A stretch of DNA of 64,000 bases from Bacillota bacterium (lineage in GTDB: Bacteria; Bacillota; Clostridia; Saccharofermentanales; DTU023). Made by a program: the position numbers and the translations under genes. Under the pieces are notes generated by a model, which saw nothing but the letters and a program-made list of their open reading frames with translations, made no database searches and was not told where the DNA came from. Shown in pieces: positions 9,871 through 19,737 of this stretch (position 1 is the stretch's first letter; every line of letters begins with the position of its first letter). The stretch covers positions 13,789 through 77,788 of the forward strand of contig JAMNZB010000029.1 in the NCBI GenBank assembly GCA_023622515.1. Reading direction: 5' to 3'.

Positions 9871-9959
9871 TACAAGACCCTGTACACATAGGCCCTTCTA
9901 TACAATTCTCGAATTTTCTCAGGGAGTTTTGTACAAGACCCTGTACACATAGGCCCTTC
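9871..9959. repeat. perfect 28-bp direct repeat x2 (TACAAGACCCTGTACACATAGGCCCTTC) separated by 33 bp
   Basis: The copies at 9871-9898 and 9932-9959 were read directly and are identical. They lie in the 239-bp gap between the kinase gene and the LPSTG protein gene. Confidence 0.95.
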
Positions 9960-10075
9960 CCTCCGGGAGGGGCTGACAATTTGCATGCTCTTGCCGGGGC
10001 TTGTCGGAAAGCTTGTGATTTAAAGTTCCTTGAACTTGGCAGAATTAATTTGTCAAAACATTCAAGGAGGAGAAA

Positions 10076-12241
10076 ATGATGACTTACTTATACAGAAGCA
10101 AGGCAAGGGCTTATGGGCGGAAAATGTTTTGTCTGTTCCTAGGTGTAGTTTTAATCTTAGGGATGGCCGGCAGCACGAGTTCTGCTGAGGGAACATCAAG
10201 TCTAAGCCAGCCTACCAATCGTCTTTACATGGACCGTGGCAACCTCTTGGGCAAATTTATTCGCATTGTTACACCCAAGCCGAATTATGAGGCGAGGAAT
10301 CCAAAAGATTATAAAGTGATAGAAATGGGTGTATATAACCATTATTCGGAGCACAATCCTGCGGATAAATATTTTTGCTTCTTGCCCCTTTGTCCGACCG
10401 GACCGGACCTGGTGGACCAGAGGCGGTTTAATGTGCAAGATATGCTTTATCAACTCTATCACCAGTTGGATAGTGGGGAAAGGGACTTAATAGTCCGGGA
10501 ACTTTCTGAAGCAACCTATTTTGGCTATGGGGCTATCCCAATCAGTAAGCGGACCAAATATATGCAAATGGCTTTGCAGATGAGAATTTATGAAATACTT
10601 GGTTATAGGTTGGAAAAGGTAGACGGAGAGGATGATTTTTCCTGGTATAGACCACTTATCTCAGAGATAAACCGCCGGAGAGACAATTGGCGTAATGAAT
10701 CCGGTCTTCAGGGTCAGACTATTGAACTCGAGCCTGGAGCCAGCTATTCACTAATAGATGAGCAGGGGGTCTTGGAATCTTTTATGTGGAATGCAGGTTA
10801 TGCCCCGGATACAAGCTATCTCTTACCGGAGACAGACAATCATGTTCAGTTTGTTTGGACTTGGCCAAATACCATAACCTTCAGTGCGAGTAAGGACTTT
10901 ACCGGTTCCGCCCCGGTTAGATTTGCAGCGGGCGGTCCCTCAACGCAGCACTGTCTTGATGATGGTGAGACCCAAACGAGAATCAGCACGGAATATAACA
11001 TGCCCCCTCGTACGATTACCTTCACTTTACAGGCAGTCAGGCCTGAGAATTCTCTTGGTCAGCTGAAAATTGAGAAAACCGCTCCGCAAATTGTGGCTTG
11101 GACCAGACAGATGCATGAGGCCTTTGGAGAAGAACTTTGCCAGCCGCTTATAGAAGATTTGCCGCTTGCCGATGTGGGATTCACCCTTGTTTCCGATGAA
11201 GATATTATGCTGGACGGCACTCTTTATGGGCGAACTGAGCTACAATACTCTTTCAGGACAAATGACCTGGGGATCGGTCTTTTGGAAGATATCCCCTGTG
11301 GTAGGTATATCTTATACGAAGAGGATGTCAGCCCTATGTATGAAAAACTTGAAGGGATTAATATAACTGTAGAAGCAATTTGCTCGGATACTGATAGGGA
11401 ACCTCTCCGCATCCATAATAAAAGAAGGGAGATAGTACTTACCGGAGTCAAAGTTTTCAAGGATGTCGGCGATATTAGCATAGAAGCTATGGAAGCGATA
11501 AAAGATGGGGTCCAGTTCGGTCTGTATACAACAGAAACCATGTATTTCGGAGAAGAAACACTTCCGGCAGGCAGTCTGATTTCCCTTGCTCAAGTATCGC
11601 CCTTGCCTAATCTAAATGACTTTAGTGAGAGCGGTGAGGAGCATCTGGAACTCAAATTTTTCTTGCCTTTTCCGGGCCGTTTTGAATTAAGAGAAAAATT
11701 ATCTTCTGAATATTACCAAACTCTTGCCCCTGTTGAGCTTGACCTGTCTGGCGGACTGGGAGAGGAGGGACAAGTGGAAGGGCAACTTGAGTTTGTTCTC
11801 TCCGAGCCTCTGTTTAATGAAAGAAAAGAAAGCCTTGCTTGTTGTAATATAGAGGAAAGAGCAGCCGGTGAAGAGGAGGATTTACCGGAAGAGAAAGGAA
11901 CAGAGCCTGAGGAGAGGCAGGAAAATAATATGCCGGAATCCCCGGATACTTCCGGAAAAGAGATTAATACGGAAGAGCCGGACAAGCAAGTGATTGAAGT
12001 AGCTCCACAGAATAGGAATGAGCTGCCTGTTCAGGTGCTGGTAAAATCACCAAATGTTGATGTCCGAAATATCAATACACTAGCGGAAAATAATAAGCAG
12101 GCGGACCCGCCTCCTAAACAGGTAAGCTTACAAGAAAAAGCCATATTACTACCCAGTACAGGGGAAAGTCGGAAAGCAATAAGCCTTCTTGCCGGAAGCC
12201 TCCTTGTCTTTTTGGGCAAGTGGCTGAGATACAGGGCATAA
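10076..12241 (+). CDS. LPXTG-anchored cell-surface protein (adhesin-like; Cna-B/SpaA-type domains, possible N-terminal thioester domain)
   Basis: Signal peptide (CLFLGVVLILGMAGSTSSAEG). C-terminal LPSTG (nt 12149-12163) followed by a hydrophobic stretch and a basic tail. Internal segment GFTLVS...TNDLGIGLLEDIPCGRYILYEEDVSPMYE resembles prealbumin-fold pilin/adhesin domains. RBS AAGGAGG upstream. Confidence 0.85.
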   Translation: MMTYLYRSKARAYGRKMFCLFLGVVLILGMAGSTSSAEGTSSLSQPTNRLYMDRGNLLGKFIRIVTPKPNYEARNPKDYKVIEMGVYNHYSEHNPADKYFCFLPLCPTGPDLVDQRRFNVQDMLYQLYHQLDSGERDLIVRELSEATYFGYGAIPISKRTKYMQMALQMRIYEILGYRLEKVDGEDDFSWYRPLISEINRRRDNWRNESGLQGQTIELEPGASYSLIDEQGVLESFMWNAGYAPDTSYLLPETDNHVQFVWTWPNTITFSASKDFTGSAPVRFAAGGPSTQHCLDDGETQTRISTEYNMPPRTITFTLQAVRPENSLGQLKIEKTAPQIVAWTRQMHEAFGEELCQPLIEDLPLADVGFTLVSDEDIMLDGTLYGRTELQYSFRTNDLGIGLLEDIPCGRYILYEEDVSPMYEKLEGINITVEAICSDTDREPLRIHNKRREIVLTGVKVFKDVGDISIEAMEAIKDGVQFGLYTTETMYFGEETLPAGSLISLAQVSPLPNLNDFSESGEEHLELKFFLPFPGRFELREKLSSEYYQTLAPVELDLSGGLGEEGQVEGQLEFVLSEPLFNERKESLACCNIEERAAGEEEDLPEEKGTEPEERQENNMPESPDTSGKEINTEEPDKQVIEVAPQNRNELPVQVLVKSPNVDVRNINTLAENNKQADPPPKQVSLQEKAILLPSTGESRKAISLLAGSLLVFLGKWLRYRA

Positions 12242-12254
12242 GCCCCTGTATCTC
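12226..12254 (+). terminator. stem-loop overlapping the adhesin stop codon (no clear U tract)
   Basis: GAGATACAGGG-loop-CCCTGTATCTC forms an 11-bp stem. The downstream sequence is not T-rich. Confidence 0.3.
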
Positions 12255-12357
12255 TCTACCCTATTTCCTTACTTAAGAGCCAAGCAGCTGTGCTTGCAGG
12301 TCCTCCTATGTGGTATAATCCCTTTTAGTTTACCTATAGGAGGATTTTTGCATTTCA

Positions 12358-13067
12358 TGAACAACTTGGATATAAGGGGTATACTCATGTCTATTCTGGT
12401 TTTAAGTATCTCCCTGTCTACTCATGAGTACGCTCATGCGCGAATGGCCTATCAACTTGGTGATGATACAGCCAAGAAGGCAGGGCGGATGACCCTGAAT
12501 CCCCTCGCTCATTTGGATCCCCTTGGCACTCTTGCTTTTATCTTTGCTCGAGTGGGTTGGGCTAAACCTGTTCCGGTAGACTACAGTCGCTTGACAAAAG
12601 CAAAAAATGTAAAACAAGGGGTGATGCTTGTCAGTTTAGCCGGCCCGGTATCTAATTTGCTCTTATCCTTTGTCGGGGCTTTTCTGCTCAATTTTTATGT
12701 GGTGCTTTTCAACCTCTTCGTGACCAATCCGTCAAGCTTGAGTAACTGGCAATTTCAAATGCACAGCCTGCTCGTCCTTTTTTTATACTTTTTTCATAAA
12801 TCTAATATTTATTTAGCTATTTTTAATTTGCTTCCCCTGCCGCCACTTGACGGATCAAAAATAGCAGCTTATTTCTTGCCGGATAAATACTATATACGCT
12901 TGGCTAAATATGAACGTTATATCGGCTTGCTTGTATTTGCCCTCTTTATTTTTGCCGGCAAATACTTAACGCAAGTCATGGATTTTCTAGCAAAGCCTTT
13001 TTATTATATTTTGATGTACCCTTGGGAATCTCTTGCCAAGTTTGTGCTTACGCTTCTTAAGGGATAG
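12358..13067 (+). CDS. site-2 protease family (peptidase M50) membrane metalloprotease
   Basis: HEYAH zinc motif, GRMTLNPLAHLDPLG and NLLPLPPLDG. An extended -10 (TGGTATAAT) lies inside the ORF-track 5-prime extension, so ATG 12358 (or 12387) is preferred over 12294. Confidence 0.85.
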
Positions 13068-13070
13068 CCT

Positions 13071-13838
13071 ATGCCGGATAGCCTATTTGATTATGCTGAT
13101 ATCAAAGAATACTCCAGCCCCCTGGAACTGCTTGACCATATTATTAGCAAACACCGGGCTGACCTCTTTAATCTGCCTATAGCAGAGATTTCCCGGCACT
13201 ATATTGAGGTTCTTCGCATCTCCCGGGAGCAGGGTCTGGATATGAATTTAGCCAGTGAATTTATTGTCATGGCGGCAAGTCTCATGGAGATGAAAGCAGC
13301 GATGCTTTTACCTGATGAGCAAGAGCAAGGTCCACAAGAAGAACGTCTGCGACAAGATCTTGTCTTGCAGCTGATGGCCTACCGGCGTATGAAGAGAATT
13401 GCCCTTGAACTGGAGCAAAAGCACCGGGAAACAGGATTTTCTTTTATTCGGGAACCGCTTAATCCTGAAGATTTAGCTTTGTCTATCGAAATACAGGCAA
13501 CGCCCCTTGACAGAGAAGCTTTTTTCCGGGGGATAGAAAATCTGGAGTATGTAAATAGTGAACGGTACAGCCAGCAGAATATCCGGATTAAGCGCTTGCT
13601 GCGGCGCGAGAACTTTTCTGTCAGCAGGATTATCAAAAGGATTTTTAGCAAAATCAAAAAGAAGGCCAGACTGTTTTTCAGTGAGCTGTTTGCCGGGCGC
13701 AAGTCGCCAAAAGCAGAGCGGATTGCAGGTTTTCTTGCTATTTTGGAAATGGCTCAAAAAGGTGAGGTTGATGTTGAACAAAAAGAAAGTTTTGGCGATA
13801 TTTTAATTAAAGCTTCAAATGAGGAAGGAGGAGAATAG
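13071..13838 (+). CDS. scpA: segregation and condensation protein A
   Basis: N-terminal PLELLDHIISKHRADLFNLPIAEISRHYIEVL is typical of the ScpA kleisin. It lies immediately upstream of scpB. Confidence 0.85.
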   Translation: MPDSLFDYADIKEYSSPLELLDHIISKHRADLFNLPIAEISRHYIEVLRISREQGLDMNLASEFIVMAASLMEMKAAMLLPDEQEQGPQEERLRQDLVLQLMAYRRMKRIALELEQKHRETGFSFIREPLNPEDLALSIEIQATPLDREAFFRGIENLEYVNSERYSQQNIRIKRLLRRENFSVSRIIKRIFSKIKKKARLFFSELFAGRKSPKAERIAGFLAILEMAQKGEVDVEQKESFGDILIKASNEEGGE

Positions 13839-14389
13839 TGGCAAGGGATTTGTTCTCGAAGATAGAAGCCCTTTTATTCACTTTTGGCAGGCCTCTGCCC
13901 TGTCGAGATATTGCGGGATTTTTGGGAAAAGAGGAAGAGGAAACCGAGCTTTTACTGGAGGCCTATAAAGAATCCCTCCAAAAGGATTCGGAACGCGGAA
14001 TTTGTTTAAAAAGAGTAGAAGACCGGTATCTTTTGAGTATAAAGCAGGAGCATATCGAATTTGTAGCTAACATTTGGCCCTTAACCGTCCAGAGTAAACT
14101 TTCCCCGGCTGCCTATGAGACCTTGGCCTGTGTGCTTTATAACCAACCCGTTACCAGGGCACAAGTGGAAGCCGTGCGCGGGGTGAACAGTGATGGTATT
14201 ATGAGTAGGCTTGAGGAACGAGGGCTTATTGAGGAGTGTGGTATCCTGGAACAGCCGGGAAGACCTAGTGTGTTTCGGGTTACGGACAAGTTTATGCTGG
14301 AAGTCGGCATAGAGTCGAAAGAGGACTTAAAACCAACGGAGTTATTGATGTATGAGACAATTCGTTCATTAGAAGAAGGTGACATGTGA
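13838..14389 (+). CDS. scpB: segregation and condensation protein B
   Basis: IEALLFTFGRPL start, winged-helix repeat pattern and a position after scpA. Confidence 0.85.
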   Translation: MARDLFSKIEALLFTFGRPLPCRDIAGFLGKEEEETELLLEAYKESLQKDSERGICLKRVEDRYLLSIKQEHIEFVANIWPLTVQSKLSPAAYETLACVLYNQPVTRAQVEAVRGVNSDGIMSRLEERGLIEECGILEQPGRPSVFRVTDKFMLEVGIESKEDLKPTELLMYETIRSLEEGDM

Positions 14390-15078
14390 GGCAGTATACC
14401 ATTGCTATTGACGGGCCTTCCGGTGCCGGTAAAAGTACCAGTGCACGGGCTTTGGCAGAAAAACTTAAGATTGCTTACCTGGATACGGGGGCCATGTACC
14501 GGGCCCTGGCCGTTGCCCTCTTGGCTGACGGTATTTCGCCAAAGGATGCAGAGAAGGTGAAGGAACTTTTACCAAAGTATACCATTGAGGTCTGCTTTAC
14601 CGAGCAGGGCCAGCGCAGCCTGGTAAACGGTATTGATCAAACTGATAAATTATATAGCGGTGAGGCTTCTATGGGCGCTTCTGACGTCAGCAAGCATCCT
14701 TTTGTTCGCCAATATCTTGTCGGTGAGCAAAGGCGCATTGCCGAGACAACAAGCTTTGTACTTGATGGCCGTGATATAGGAACTGTTGTCCTGCCTGAGG
14801 CGGATGTGAAATTCTTTTTAACGGCCAGTCCGGAGGCAAGGGCAAAGAGACGCTGGCTTGATTTTCAGAAAAAGGCTGAGCCAATTACTTTAGAACAAGT
14901 GCTTCAGGATATTAATAAGCGTGATAAGCAAGATACGGAGCGTGAAGTCAGCCCCTTGCGGAGAGCAGAAGATGCCTACCTTATTGATTCTACAGACTTA
15001 AGCTTTGAAGAAGTTCTGGCGGCTATGCTGGAAATTATTGAAGAAAAGAAAATAGTGGCCTATGTTGAAAAAATTTAA
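14386..15078 (+). CDS. cmk: cytidylate kinase
   Basis: IAIDGPSGAGKST P-loop, LDTGAMYR and DGRDIGTVV motifs. Confidence 0.92.
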   Translation: MRQYTIAIDGPSGAGKSTSARALAEKLKIAYLDTGAMYRALAVALLADGISPKDAEKVKELLPKYTIEVCFTEQGQRSLVNGIDQTDKLYSGEASMGASDVSKHPFVRQYLVGEQRRIAETTSFVLDGRDIGTVVLPEADVKFFLTASPEARAKRRWLDFQKKAEPITLEQVLQDINKRDKQDTEREVSPLRRAEDAYLIDSTDLSFEEVLAAMLEIIEEKKIVAYVEKI

Positions 15079-15724
15079 AGGTAAGAAATACCCCTTACTT
15101 ACGAAAATTGGCGTAGTAATTTTATACAGCTTTGCCAGGCTTATTTGCCGCCCCGTTTTTCACGGTCTCCAAAATATACCGGAGGAAGGGCCTTTTATAT
15201 TGATTGGCAACCACCAAAGGTTTTTTGATGTGATGCTGATTCATCTTGAAATGCCACAAAATCCTCGTTGGCTTTCAAAAGAAGAGTTGTCGCGTTACCC
15301 GGTGGTCCGCCAGTTTTTAGAGTCTTTACATACCATCCCTGTTGACCGGCAAGGGCTAAACTTAAAAGCCGTGAAAGAGGTTTTCCGCAGCCTTAAAGAG
15401 GGGCAAATTATCGCTATTTTCCCGGAGGGGACCCGGGTTTCTTATGAAAATATTGGTAATGTTATGCCTAAAGACGGGGTTGTTAGTTTGCTTTCACGGG
15501 CGGGTGTTCCTATTGTCCCTTTTGCCATTAACGCGCCCTACCGCTTATTCCGAAAAAATGATATTTTCTTTGGCGAACCCTTCACATTGACTCGGGAAGA
15601 CGGTAAGAGGGTGGAGGAGACAAAGGCTCTCATTATGCATAAAATCTACGGTCAATTAAAGGAATTACCGGCGCAACTCGAGGGGAAATATGAAAAATAT
15701 AGAGAGGGACGAAACGATGATTGA
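15062..15724 (+). CDS. plsC: 1-acyl-sn-glycerol-3-phosphate acyltransferase
   Basis: The NHQRFFD (HX4D) and FPEGTR acyltransferase motifs are present. Confidence 0.85.
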   Translation: MLKKFKGKKYPLLTKIGVVILYSFARLICRPVFHGLQNIPEEGPFILIGNHQRFFDVMLIHLEMPQNPRWLSKEELSRYPVVRQFLESLHTIPVDRQGLNLKAVKEVFRSLKEGQIIAIFPEGTRVSYENIGNVMPKDGVVSLLSRAGVPIVPFAINAPYRLFRKNDIFFGEPFTLTREDGKRVEETKALIMHKIYGQLKELPAQLEGKYEKYREGRNDD

Positions 15725-18146
15725 GCGGAATAAGCAGGAGGCTCTTCCCCTATCCCTTACCGTCGCACAAACAGCCGGATTTTGTCCGGGGGTGAAAGGG
15801 GCGATTATGGGTGCGGAAAGGCTCTTGCAAGAATATCCCGGAGTTAAGTATATGTACGGCGAAATTGTCCATAATGAGCTAGTTGTTAATGATTTGCTCA
15901 AAGCCGGCTTCCGGCTAATCCATCAGCCGGATGAGGTCAAGGAAAGTGGCGTTTGTCTTGTTCGTGCACACGGGATTACACTGGAAGAGGAAAAGGCCCT
16001 GCAAGAAAAGAAGCTGGAGCTTGTCGATTTAACTTGTGTTTGGGTAAAGAAAATTCACAAGTTGGCCGAAGATGCCAAGGAAAAAAAGCAACTTTTTATT
16101 CTGTGTGGTGATAAAAATCACCCGGAAGTTCGAGGTATTATTTCTCATGCCGGTAAAGAGGCTTTGGTAATTTCCTCGGAGGAAGAGGCGGAAAGCCTAA
16201 AAGATCCGGGGAAACCAGTAGTTTTAGCTGCACAAACTACCTTTTCAAAAAAGACATTTAACTCCATTAAAAATATAATAAAAAATAAAATGATAAATCT
16301 TGAAATTTTTGATACAATATGTTCTACGACTGCCGATAGGCAAATGGAAGCACAAGAAATAGCAAAAAATTCAGATTTGGTCTTGGTTGTGGGAAGTGCC
16401 CACAGTTCTAATACAAATAAGTTATTTCAAGTCTGTCAAGCCTATTGTAGTCAGACATATTTAATTCAACGGCCGGACCAGGTTTTATCCCTAGTCAAGG
16501 ATAAAAACCTGCGACAGATGCGAATCGGAATTACAGCAGGAGCGTCAACACCGGAACGTATGATCAGGGAGGTTATTTACGTAATGACAGAACAGCAAAA
16601 TTTCAGCGAAGAAAAAGAAGTGCTTAACGAAGAAGCTGAAAACCAAGAAGTGCAGATGGAAGCCGAAGCTACTGTGGAGCACCAATCTGAGGAAACCGGT
16701 GATGATGAGCAAGTAGCAACAGAAGCAGTCGAAGAAAAAGAAGAATTCAGCTTTTCCGACTATATTGATGAGATTCCTCAACTTAAGAGGGGTCTTGTTG
16801 TGAAGGGCTCGATTGTTCGTTATGACGACGAATTTGTTTATGTTGATGTCCGTGATAAATCTGAGGGCAAGGTGCCCCGACATGAGTTTGTGGATGACCC
16901 GGACTTTGATTTAGACAGAGCTGTGGAAAATCACGAAGAAGTGGAAGTCTATGTCCGTCATATCAAGAATACTGATATGGGTAAGGAAATTAATTTGTCA
17001 AAGGCAAGAGTTGACTTTGAGAAGCATAAGGAAGTTATCCACCGCGCATTTGAAGAACAAACCCCGGTTACCGTTAAAGTAAACAATGTTGTGAAAGATG
17101 GGGTTATCGCCACCTACGGCAGTGTTGACCTTTACATCCATCGCACGCAACTCGAATTAAGGCGTGTTGATGACCTTGAACCTTATAGAGGTAAAACACT
17201 TGAAGTCCTAATCACACAATTTGACACAGCCAGAAGAAGACTTCGTGTTTCCGGTTCAAGAAGAGCCCTGCTCCAAGAAGAGCGCAAGGAAAAGGCACAT
17301 GATGTTTGGGAGAATATTGAGGTCGGTAAGGAATATGAAGGACGGGTTCGCAGCCTCACCAAGTTCGGCGCTTTTGTAGATATTGGCGGTGTTGATGGCC
17401 TTGTCCATATTAGTGAGTTATCCTGGAACCGCATTAAGAGTCCCTCAGAAGTCGTTGCCGTAGATGATATTCTCAAAGTTTTTGTCCTTGATTTTGACAA
17501 GGATGCTGATCGTATTTCTCTCGGCTATAGGCGTCCGGAAAACGATCCTTACCATCAAATAGAAGAGCGTTTCCCGATTGGCAGCATTGTTCGCGGCATT
17601 ATTGTCAGAATGTTCCCCTTTGGTGCCTTTGTGGAGATTGCCCCGGGTGTTGATGCCCTTTGTCATATTTCTCAAATTTCAAACTACCACTTAAATCATC
17701 CGGAAGATGTGTTACAAGTTGGTATGGAAATTGACGCCCGTGTACTTGCTGTAAGCAACGAGGAAAGAAAGGTTTCTATCAGCATTAAGGATGTTGAACC
17801 TATCGATCCGGCAAATCCGGAAGATTTTGTCCAACACGCTCCTCGCAGTGCTGAACGCCAGGATGACGAGGCTCAGGAAAGAAAGCCGCGTCGCAAGCGT
17901 CAACGCCAGGAAACTAAGAAAGATGATGCACCAAGCATGTATGTTGATTCATCAGCAGGCTCCGGTTCATCCTTTGCTTCCTTAGCTGATATTACGGTTG
18001 CCAGCAAAGAGGGTGCTAAATTCTTACAAAGCCTTCGTGCGGAAAGCGAAGAAGCAAACAAGCAAGAGGAAGAAAGCAAAGTAGAAGAAGAGGCGATAAC
18101 AGATCTTGTAGAAAGTGAAGAAGTCCCTGAGACAGAAGAAAACTAG
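15690..18146 (+). CDS. ispH: bifunctional 4-hydroxy-3-methylbut-2-enyl diphosphate reductase / ribosomal protein S1 fusion
   Basis: N-terminal IspH (AGFCPGVKGAI, GSAHSSNTNKL), an acidic linker, then four S1 repeats (GKEYEGRVRSLTKFGAFVDIGGVDGLVHISE and others). The start is probably ATG 15717. Confidence 0.9.
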   Translation: MKNIERDETMIERNKQEALPLSLTVAQTAGFCPGVKGAIMGAERLLQEYPGVKYMYGEIVHNELVVNDLLKAGFRLIHQPDEVKESGVCLVRAHGITLEEEKALQEKKLELVDLTCVWVKKIHKLAEDAKEKKQLFILCGDKNHPEVRGIISHAGKEALVISSEEEAESLKDPGKPVVLAAQTTFSKKTFNSIKNIIKNKMINLEIFDTICSTTADRQMEAQEIAKNSDLVLVVGSAHSSNTNKLFQVCQAYCSQTYLIQRPDQVLSLVKDKNLRQMRIGITAGASTPERMIREVIYVMTEQQNFSEEKEVLNEEAENQEVQMEAEATVEHQSEETGDDEQVATEAVEEKEEFSFSDYIDEIPQLKRGLVVKGSIVRYDDEFVYVDVRDKSEGKVPRHEFVDDPDFDLDRAVENHEEVEVYVRHIKNTDMGKEINLSKARVDFEKHKEVIHRAFEEQTPVTVKVNNVVKDGVIATYGSVDLYIHRTQLELRRVDDLEPYRGKTLEVLITQFDTARRRLRVSGSRRALLQEERKEKAHDVWENIEVGKEYEGRVRSLTKFGAFVDIGGVDGLVHISELSWNRIKSPSEVVAVDDILKVFVLDFDKDADRISLGYRRPENDPYHQIEERFPIGSIVRGIIVRMFPFGAFVEIAPGVDALCHISQISNYHLNHPEDVLQVGMEIDARVLAVSNEERKVSISIKDVEPIDPANPEDFVQHAPRSAERQDDEAQERKPRRKRQRQETKKDDAPSMYVDSSAGSGSSFASLADITVASKEGAKFLQSLRAESEEANKQEEESKVEEEAITDLVESEEVPETEEN

Positions 18147-18185
18147 TTCACAAGTGCTTTGTTATCCCTTGTAATAGTAAGTAAA

Positions 18186-18224
18186 AAGAAGCGTATTGAT
18201 TAACGAATGCGCTTCTTTTCTCTT
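18186..18224 (+). terminator. rho-independent terminator of ispH/S1, with its U tract interrupted by the IS
   Basis: AAGAAGCGTATT-8 nt loop-AATGCGCTTCTT forms a 12-bp stem with one G-U pair, followed by TTCTCTT. Confidence 0.7.
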
Positions 18225-19737
18225 AGAGTAACGAATTTGTAGGTTTAGCAGAAAAGAAAAGAGTCTCTCCAAAAACATATAAAATGTTTTTAATCAACAA
18301 GCAAAAAGGAGAAACTCTTTCATGGATATTTTACACGAAACGGCAGGAAAATTCTTAGAAACTCTCTTAAGCCTTAATCTCTCAGACGGTTTGAGTGCAT
18401 TCTTGAGCGAAAGTTACAAGGCGTATTCGTCATTTATTTTAGAGTACGCCACAAAACTTATCGGGATATACGACGATTATTTTATGACCCATCGTGGGGC
18501 GAGACGCAACTACAAGGTAGTCAAGAAGGATGTGCCAAGGACGTTAGAGACGAAGTTTGGGACACTAACATACGAACGTCGCTATTATCGAAACGATTCG
18601 ACGGGAGAGTATCGTTACTTGGTGGATGACCTCCTGGATGTGTCGAGGTATAAGCGAGTCGAAGGAGGTTTGGCCGCAGAGCTTTGTGAGCTAGCCTGTG
18701 ATCATTCCTACCAGAAAAGTAGCCATCTAGCCTGTGAAGGAGCGGTCAGTCGCCAGACGGTCATGAATCTTACAAGGCAAGTGAATGAAAAAGCTATTGT
18801 CCGAGAGCGCTGCGCGCATGAAGTGAAGCGCATCCATTTACAATGCGATGAAGACCACGTAGCTATGCAGGATGGGACAAGTGGCATAGCGAAGCTCTGT
18901 GTGATTCATGAAGATATACAGAACGTAGGCGGAAGTAAGCGAAGGCACTATCTACCCGAGCGATTTATCGTCGTTGCAGACGAGGCCGGTCAAAGTAATG
19001 AAGACTTTTGGTTCAAAGTTATGGATGCGATTGAAGACCGATATGGGAAAATCGATGATTTGGCTGTCTACATTCACGGGGATGCAGCGAGCTGGATTAA
19101 GGCCGGCCGAGAATATATCCCAAAAAGCAAGCTGGTTTTGGATAAGTTTCATTTCAGCAAGTACCTCAATAGCATAGCGGGTGGGTCAGACCAGCATCGT
19201 TCCTGGCTTTGGAAGGCGGTGAGAACGAATAACTACCCTCGTTTGAAGCAAATTTGCGAAGTGGCTGTTGGTGATGAACTTTGTAGTGAGGAACGGGCGA
19301 ATGATTTCCTGACCTACTACCAACGAAATCGTTCAGGAATCAATATTTGGTACCGGGACGAATATGCAGGAGGGAGCTGTGCTGAAGGCTTAGTAAGCCA
19401 CATTTTAAGTGAGCGTCTCTCTTCAAGGCCGAAGGCGTGGGGACCAGAAGGTCTAGCCTGTGTCACAAGGCTCAGGGCACATAGGTTGAACGGTGGCCAG
19501 ATTACTCCAAATGATTTAAAATTGCCAAAAGAAGATGGACCAACCTTCAAAAAAAGTCTCAAAGAACGCTTGAAGACGCATATCAATGAGTTCATGCCGG
19601 AAGTAACCGACGTGTTCAAGACCGTCAAAGTAGGTACAGGGCTGTATCGTCTCTTTAACGAAACAAAAAATGGCGGCTATCTTTTCTAGCTATGGAGAGA
19701 CTCTTTTCATGACAGACCTACAATTCTGTTACTCCAC
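18221..19737 (+). mobile_element. insertion sequence, single DDE transposase gene, probably ISLre2/UPF0236-like family
   Basis: Terminal inverted repeats GAGTAAC(G)AATT(T)GTAGGT at 18226-18244 and 19716-19734. Sub-terminal inverted block AAAAGAGTCTCTCCA at 18257-18271 and 19693-19707. The 9-bp direct repeat CTTCTTTTC occurs at 18212-18220 and 19738-19746. Confidence 0.8.
18322..19689 (+). CDS. transposase (DDE type; family assigned from memory as ISLre2/UPF0236-like)
   Basis: 455-aa ORF bracketed by inverted repeats. Acidic motifs CDEDHV, IHGDAASWIK and LDKFHFSKYL fit a DDE transposase layout. Confidence 0.75.
   Translation: MDILHETAGKFLETLLSLNLSDGLSAFLSESYKAYSSFILEYATKLIGIYDDYFMTHRGARRNYKVVKKDVPRTLETKFGTLTYERRYYRNDSTGEYRYLVDDLLDVSRYKRVEGGLAAELCELACDHSYQKSSHLACEGAVSRQTVMNLTRQVNEKAIVRERCAHEVKRIHLQCDEDHVAMQDGTSGIAKLCVIHEDIQNVGGSKRRHYLPERFIVVADEAGQSNEDFWFKVMDAIEDRYGKIDDLAVYIHGDAASWIKAGREYIPKSKLVLDKFHFSKYLNSIAGGSDQHRSWLWKAVRTNNYPRLKQICEVAVGDELCSEERANDFLTYYQRNRSGINIWYRDEYAGGSCAEGLVSHILSERLSSRPKAWGPEGLACVTRLRAHRLNGGQITPNDLKLPKEDGPTFKKSLKERLKTHINEFMPEVTDVFKTVKVGTGLYRLFNETKNGGYLF

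Noticed and set aside
9871-9959. Possible CRISPR array (28-nt repeat, 33-nt spacer)
   Set aside because: There are only two repeat copies and one spacer, and no cas genes or leader-like AT-rich region in the window. I cannot call it CRISPR. It is kept as a repeat and regulatory candidate instead.
15690-18146. IspH fused to ribosomal protein S1 as a possible novelty
   Set aside because: To my knowledge this fusion architecture is already well known in Clostridia. It is annotated as a feature, not as a finding.
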